From NCBI GenBank assembly GCA_964417715.1, contig CAYQJG010000001.1, positions 29,297 through 93,296 of the forward strand: a DNA stretch of 64,000 bases, read 5' to 3'. Positions 58,818 to 64,000 of the stretch are shown piece after piece. The notes below the pieces were generated by a model, which had not been told where the DNA came from, searched no databases, and worked only from the letters and a program-made list of their open reading frames with translations. Position numbers and translations under genes: made by a program. Position 1 is the stretch's first letter; the number at the start of each line of letters is the position of its first letter. The stretch comes from an uncultured Lentisphaerales bacterium (GTDB lineage: Bacteria; Verrucomicrobiota; Kiritimatiellia; RFP12; CAYQJG01).

Positions 58818-61800
58818 GGCCGGGCCGTCCATCCGGCCAGAAGCGTGGCGACGGCGGCGCGCGCTTCGGGCGGCAGGGCATCCTGATGGTCGCGTACGTC
58901 CCGCAGCAGGGCACGCGCCTTTTCGTGCTGCCCCGACTGCCACAGGACGCGCGCCTCCGTCAGGGAGACCTGCCAGTCCTGCGGTGCCAGCGCGCGGGCA
59001 TGGGCAATGACTTCGCCGGCCTCCGTCGTCTTGTTCCGATCAAGCAGCACGCAGGCCAGGGTGTCGAGGACCGCAACACTGTTGGTGGCCATACCGAGAG
59101 CTTGTCGCGCGGCGCCTTCGGCGTCTTCCAGCGCGCCGCGCTGACGCAGCACATCGGCCAGGTTGTTCCACGCTGTCGCCGAGCCGTCGGACGCCACGCT
59201 GCAACGCAGGTGCCACTCCGCATCGGTCGTTTCACCTCGCGCAGCGGCCTGCGAACCCAGCACGAAGTGCGCCAGCCCGTTGTCAGAGTCGAGTCGCACC
59301 AGTTCGCGGGCATCGCGCTCGGCCGCAGCGAGGTCGGTCAGAACGAGATCCAGGCTCAGGATGCGCGCCAGGAGGTCCTGCCGACCGGGCTGCATGGCCA
59401 CGGCACAACGGAAGGCCTGGCGCGCCGCTGCGTACGCCGGCGGCCGCCGTCCGGCCTCGACGACGCCCTGAACCTGGAACACCAGCGGATTGCCCGCACG
59501 CCCGGCGGCCTTGATCATCCTCGGCAGGACGGCTGCCGCAGCCTCGTCGGCCCGCCCCTGCTCGACCATGGCTGTCGCCAGCAGAGCAAAGGCCTGGAGA
59601 TTACCGGGGTCTGAATCGGTCAGCGCGAGCAGCCGCGTGCACGCCGCGTCCGCATTGTGTTCGGCCAGTTCGATCGCGGCCTCTTCCAGCGCGCATGCGG
59701 GCGCAGGCAGACCGGCCACGCGCGCCCTGGCCAGCCACGTTCGCGCCGCAGCCGCATCGCGGCGTAGCAGGGACAGGCGCAGCAACCCGGTCAGCGCGCG
59801 CGGATCGGCAGGCTGACGGTCCAGCATACGGCGAAACAGCTCTTCGCCGCGCACGAAGTCGCCGGTCGTCAGACTGAACGAGGCCAGCACACCAAGGAAC
59901 GCATCGCGATGCTGACCGTCGGGCGTCACATCTGCAGCCCGGGTCAGCGCACTGCGGGCCAAGTCCGTCTGGCCGATCTGCATCCAACCCGTGCCCAGGC
60001 CAGCCAGGGCTTCGGGGGCGCGCACCTGACCATGCAACTGAACGAGGGCCAGAAATGAAGGACGGCGCTTGATTGCCGCAAGTCCGGCTTCGGCCTCGCG
60101 TTCGGCCGTCTCCTTCTCCTCCGGCGTCAGGACGCCCTGCCGCGCCAGCATCATCCGGTTCAGCAACGCGCTCGTGTTGTCAGGGTCGAGCCGCAGCGCC
60201 TGGCGGTAGGCTTCATGCGCCTCCTGCGGCCGGCGCACATCCTCAAGCAGGACGCCGCAGTCGTTCGCTACCAGCGACAGGTGCCGGCGCAAAGCCCGCG
60301 CCAGCCGGTCGATGGGGTCGCGATCCCTCTCCCCCTTGCCGTACGGCAAGGTCTGATCCATGCGCGTCCAGAATGCCTGCGCCTCCGCGAACGGCGGCAC
60401 CTGAGCCAGCCCATCGACTTCGCGCGTGCCAATGAACAGGAAGCGGTCGGGGACCGCCTGCCAACCCGCGGCGCGCCACACGTCCGGTGCACCGTACAGT
60501 GCAAGCAGACGACCGGCGGCAGGATCAACGGCCAGCCACTCCTTCACGAACACGGAGCCGCCAACCGTCGCGGCATTGGCCAGTCTCGTCCGGTACACCT
60601 GCAGCTGCGGATCGGCGTCGATGAGCGCGCGCAACTGCGCCAGTTGCGCCGGCCGGCGGTCCTGCGCCAGATTCACCAGACGCAGGACCTTCCCTCGTGC
60701 GGCAGCCAACCGGCAGAGGTGACGGTCCAGTGCGCCATCTGTGGCCAACCAGGTTCGCTCGCCAAGCTGATCGAGCACGTCGGACGCGCACCGGTCCGCG
60801 AATGCGCCGCGACGTCCGTCCGCCAGACGTCCGTTGCGCATGACGGCAAACAGCAGGACTGCGGCGAAGGCCCCGCTCATCACAAGGGAGACAGCCGTCT
60901 CGACGCGCCGCGCCTCCTCACGCCGTTGAGCGGCACCCCTCCCGACGTCATCCTCAACCGGAGCCGGCCATGGCACGAGCAGCCCGCGCAACCAGTAGGC
61001 GCAGACCCAGCCGCCCAACATGGCCGCCAGCATCATCTCCAGCACCGGCAGGCGTCCGACAGCGGCCCAGGCGGGCCAAGGGGGAATGGAAATATTCACC
61101 AGCAAGGCCAAGACGGCAAGCGTAAGTGCCACATGAAGGAAACTCACGGCCGGTGTGCGGGGGTCCGAAAGGCGCGGCCAGGCGCCGGCTTGGAGCGTCA
61201 CCCATGGCAACACGAGGATCAACAGCAGCCAGAGCCACCCCATATCCGGCAGGTAGGCACGCAAGTCACCGATCTGCACCACCTGACGCAGCAATCCCAT
61301 CCATGACGTACCGGGAGCGCGTGCGCTCAGAAACCATGCCGCCGCCGTACAGCAAACGGCCCCACACAGGCCGACGGCCGCGAGGCGACAGACGAGAGCC
61401 CATTTCAGACGATGCCGCAGGTACAGCGCGACCAGCGTGGCGATGACGAAGTACGGCGCGAGCAGCAGGAACATCGCCGTTTCGATCACGCCGGAGCCGC
61501 CCAGCAGGGCCAGGACATACACACGCCATAGCCCGTGCCGTGCAACATAACCATGGTACAAGGCGAAAGCACAGGCCACGAGCAGCACGTCGAAAGCAAA
61601 CGGGTTCAGCCGGGTGGCGGCACTCCACCCCGCCAGACTGACGCCGAACACGATGGCCGTCACCAGCCCGGAGAGGGCCGACACGAGCACGACACGCTGT
61701 TGAGCAACCGGCGTGTCGACTTCGAACCGACTGTGTACCCAACTCGCGACATGGCCACACAGCAGCCCAGCTGTGGCCGCGACCGCGACGGCGCTCGACA

Positions 61801-62050
61801 GGTTGAGCCACCACACCTGCTCCCCGAGCGGCAGATGCCCCCAAGCCGCGACCCACACGCGCCACAGCGGACGCGTGGCGTCAGGCCACGGCTCCACCCC
61901 GGTGGCCGCAGCCACCCACGCGGCTGAATCACCCGGATAGAGACCCCGGCTCAGCGTGACGACATAGAGCGCGAACAGCGTACAACCCGCAGCCGCGCCC
62001 ACCATGGCGAAGAGACGCCTGGGCTCACCTTCGCCAACCGGACTTGGCAT
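58814..62050 (-). CDS. Large membrane protein: N-terminal polytopic (DUF2723/PMT-glycosyltransferase-like) domain + C-terminal TPR repeats
   Basis: ~12 hydrophobic helices in the first ~420 aa, then Ala/Leu-rich TPR-like repeats. Start trimmed to avoid a 50-bp overlap with the PEP-CTERM gene; the exact start is uncertain. Confidence 0.55.
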   Translation of the reverse strand: MPSPVGEGEPRRLFAMVGAAAGCTLFALYVVTLSRGLYPGDSAAWVAAATGVEPWPDATRPLWRVWVAAWGHLPLGEQVWWLNLSSAVAVAATAGLLCGHVASWVHSRFEVDTPVAQQRVVLVSALSGLVTAIVFGVSLAGWSAATRLNPFAFDVLLVACAFALYHGYVARHGLWRVYVLALLGGSGVIETAMFLLLAPYFVIATLVALYLRHRLKWALVCRLAAVGLCGAVCCTAAAWFLSARAPGTSWMGLLRQVVQIGDLRAYLPDMGWLWLLLILVLPWVTLQAGAWPRLSDPRTPAVSFLHVALTLAVLALLVNISIPPWPAWAAVGRLPVLEMMLAAMLGGWVCAYWLRGLLVPWPAPVEDDVGRGAAQRREEARRVETAVSLVMSGAFAAVLLFAVMRNGRLADGRRGAFADRCASDVLDQLGERTWLATDGALDRHLCRLAAARGKVLRLVNLAQDRRPAQLAQLRALIDADPQLQVYRTRLANAATVGGSVFVKEWLAVDPAAGRLLALYGAPDVWRAAGWQAVPDRFLFIGTREVDGLAQVPPFAEAQAFWTRMDQTLPYGKGERDRDPIDRLARALRRHLSLVANDCGVLLEDVRRPQEAHEAYRQALRLDPDNTSALLNRMMLARQGVLTPEEKETAEREAEAGLAAIKRRPSFLALVQLHGQVRAPEALAGLGTGWMQIGQTDLARSALTRAADVTPDGQHRDAFLGVLASFSLTTGDFVRGEELFRRMLDRQPADPRALTGLLRLSLLRRDAAAARTWLARARVAGLPAPACALEEAAIELAEHNADAACTRLLALTDSDPGNLQAFALLATAMVEQGRADEAAAAVLPRMIKAAGRAGNPLVFQVQGVVEAGRRPPAYAAARQAFRCAVAMQPGRQDLLARILSLDLVLTDLAAAERDARELVRLDSDNGLAHFVLGSQAAARGETTDAEWHLRCSVASDGSATAWNNLADVLRQRGALEDAEGAARQALGMATNSVAVLDTLACVLLDRNKTTEAGEVIAHARALAPQDWQVSLTEARVLWQSGQHEKARALLRDVRDHQDALPPEARAAVATLLAGWTARP

Positions 62051-62051
62051 G

Positions 62052-62675
62052 TCAGCCACGCCTGAAGCAGCGGCGTAACGCCACCGTTCCCACCCCGACA
62101 AGGGCCAGGGCCAACGTGCCGGGCTCGGGAATCGTATGCACCGGCCCTGCGCCGCCGCTCACATCCTGGGTCCAGTTCTCCACCTGGGTCGGAACGCTGT
62201 CACAACGCCACCCCGTGTCGATCAGGGCGTAGACGGCGTCGGGCACATCATACCCGATGTAGTACACGCCGGCTGTCAGCGGAACACCCGCATAGTGCAG
62301 CGACCCGATCTGGAAATCCGGAGATGTCGAGACAACCTGATCGGGCGTATACGTGTCGGCCTCCACCCGCGGCCCCGGCCCCACGAGGCCCCAACCAGCC
62401 ACCGGATTGTCCGCTCCCGTGTCCGTGCTGACCCACGCTGGGGCGCCCGCGTATACCGCGCCGACGTAGAAGTCCGTCAGAACCTCGCCGACTCCGACCA
62501 CGACCTCGTATTCGACATACTTCACAAACGCGGAGTAACTGGTCTCCGTGTAATCGGGGGCGCCTGTGTTCGGGTGGCTGTCAAACACCCCGTCAAAGTT
62601 GCAGAACACCTGATAAGCCTGCGCACTGGACGCGACGGTCACCAAGAGCGCCACACCTGCGATGAGTTTTCTCAT
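62052..62675 (-). CDS. PEP-CTERM sorting-domain protein (putative exosortase substrate)
   Basis: Signal peptide MRKLIAGVALLVTVASSAQA. C-terminal …IPEPGTLALALVGVGTVALRRCFRRG is a PEP motif plus TM helix plus basic tail. Confidence 0.7.
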   Translation of the reverse strand: MRKLIAGVALLVTVASSAQAYQVFCNFDGVFDSHPNTGAPDYTETSYSAFVKYVEYEVVVGVGEVLTDFYVGAVYAGAPAWVSTDTGADNPVAGWGLVGPGPRVEADTYTPDQVVSTSPDFQIGSLHYAGVPLTAGVYYIGYDVPDAVYALIDTGWRCDSVPTQVENWTQDVSGGAGPVHTIPEPGTLALALVGVGTVALRRCFRRG

Positions 62676-62970
62676 GCTTCAACTCCCCTTTCTGGGACTC
62701 CGCCTCTTCAGTGACCGCAGCACAGGCACGATCACATAGTGTCAGCGTACAGATGCACATCATCGCGTGCAACCGTCGTTACTTCGTTTCTCCCGTCGTT
62801 ACTTCGGTGTTTGGCAACGCGGTCGGCGCACTCACGCGGCACCCTTGAGCCTTGAGCCCCGCGAGGACTCGCCTGTCGTTTTGATCGCTTTCTGGTGCGC
62901 GCCCTGTTATACCTTGGTGTAGTTCGACTGACGCATGTCTGTCGGAGCAGGAGACTTGCCCCGGCAGTGG

Positions 62971-64000
62971 ATGAGATTACCCATGGAATGGCTCCCCTGC
63001 CACCCGGCATTCCGCTGTGGCCAACTTATAGTCGTGCCGCTCCTGTTGGCGGCCACCTGCTTCCCGTGTGCGGCGCACGGCCAGAAGCCATCAGCCCGCG
63101 CATCTCTCATCGTCGTGAGTGACGACAACTATCCGCCCTATGTCTTCCGCGAAGCGAGTGGGAGAGTGCGGGGAATCATCCCGGACCAGTGGGCCCTGTG
63201 GGAGCGCAAGACGGGGGTGAAGGTTGAGCTGCGAGCGATGCCCTGGTCCGAAGCCCAGCAGACCATGCGGGAGGGCCGGGCGGACATCATCGACACGATC
63301 TTCTTCACCGAGGAGCGCGCCAAGCTCTTCGACTTCACCCCGGCCTACGCCCGGATCGAGGTTCCCGTCTATGCCCACAAGACGCTTGGCGGCATGGGTG
63401 ACTTGTCGTCGCTGAAAGGTTTCACCATTGGCGTCAAGACCGGCGACGCCGTGATCGACTTTCTCACCCTCCGTGGCATCCGCGACCTGAAGGAGTATCC
63501 CAGCTACGAAGCCATCATCCTGGCGGCCAAGAGCCAGGAGATCAAGGTGTTCTCGGTTGACCAGCCCGCAGCCGTCTATTTTCTCTACAAACACAGCATC
63601 CAGAACGAGTTCCGCCAGTCTTTCGTTCTCTACACGGGTGAGTTCCATCGGGCCGTCGCGAAGAACCACCCCGACCTGCTGCACCTGGTGCAGGATGGTT
63701 TCGAGCGAATCTCACGGCGCGAGTACCGCGCCATCGACCGGAAATGGATGGGGTCGCCATTCCTGCTCCGGGAATTCCTCCGCCAGTGGCGGCCCTGGAT
63801 CATCAGTGGGGTCGCCGCCATTCTGGCACTGGTGATGGGCAATGTGCTCCTCGGACGGCGCGTCCACGCCAGGACAGCCGAACTGCGCACCGCGGTGGCG
63901 GACCTGCGGCAGGGACTGGCCGCGCGACGGGAATCGGAGAATGCCCTGCGGGCCTCCCGCGAATATCTGGCAACGGTCTTCGATTCGATCAACGACGCCC
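62971..64000 (+). CDS. Sensor kinase N-terminal region: signal peptide, periplasmic solute-binding (SBP_bac_3-like) domain, TM helix, start of PAS. The 3' end lies outside the window.
   Basis: I translated this frame myself (MRLPMEWLPCHPAFRCGQLIVVPLLLAATCFPCAAHG…SLIVVSDDNYPPYVFRE…AMPWSEAQQTMREGRADIIDTIFFTEERAKLFDFTPAY…WIISGVAAILALVMGNVLLG…ENALRASREYLATVFDSINDA). It is open to the window end, so the ORF track omits it. Confidence 0.7.
   Translation, partial: MRLPMEWLPCHPAFRCGQLIVVPLLLAATCFPCAAHGQKPSARASLIVVSDDNYPPYVFREASGRVRGIIPDQWALWERKTGVKVELRAMPWSEAQQTMREGRADIIDTIFFTEERAKLFDFTPAYARIEVPVYAHKTLGGMGDLSSLKGFTIGVKTGDAVIDFLTLRGIRDLKEYPSYEAIILAAKSQEIKVFSVDQPAAVYFLYKHSIQNEFRQSFVLYTGEFHRAVAKNHPDLLHLVQDGFERISRREYRAIDRKWMGSPFLLREFLRQWRPWIISGVAAILALVMGNVLLGRRVHARTAELRTAVADLRQGLAARRESENALRASREYLATVFDSINDA

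Noticed and set aside
63091-63992. Minus-strand ORFs 63091..63684 and 63630..63992
   Set aside because: Antisense to the solute-binding-domain sensor kinase reading frame described above.

Overview
This is a high-GC (~65–70% by eye) bacterial chromosomal segment. It is densely packed with housekeeping genes: iorAB, frr-pyrH, pckG, ychF, asnS, rpmI-rplT, nadE, glgP, queA, trxB and gatCAB. Accessory content is interleaved with these.

The clearest anomaly is a ~2 kb AT-rich islet at 14.8–16.9 kb. It carries a Dam-family N6-adenine methyltransferase and an overlapping putative PD-(D/E)XK restriction endonuclease, so it looks like a Type II R-M cassette. The islet is bracketed by two ~190 bp direct repeats, with a third diverged copy about 4 kb further on.

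Other accessory or regulatory clusters:
- Three consecutive sensor histidine kinases (one a REC-HK-REC hybrid) with no DNA-binding response regulator in the window. They sit next to a creD–HTH_34–membrane–EF-hand envelope block.
- A gspE–pilT–gspE trio of secretion/pilus ATPases, translationally coupled and without platform genes.
- An anomeric sugar kinase (NahK/AmgK-like) plus an NDP-sugar pyrophosphorylase plus a hexapeptide-repeat protein. Together these look like a split-GlmU-type amino-sugar salvage route.
- A vapBC toxin-antitoxin pair directly upstream of rplT/rpmI, with no infC.
- An orphan NusG paralog.
- A PEP-CTERM protein beside a TPR membrane protein.
- A solute-binding-domain sensor kinase running off the window end that the ORF track does not list.

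The provided ORF track also lists many long antisense and out-of-frame ORFs. I treat these as high-GC artefacts and do not report them. No rRNA, tRNA or CRISPR array was recognised.
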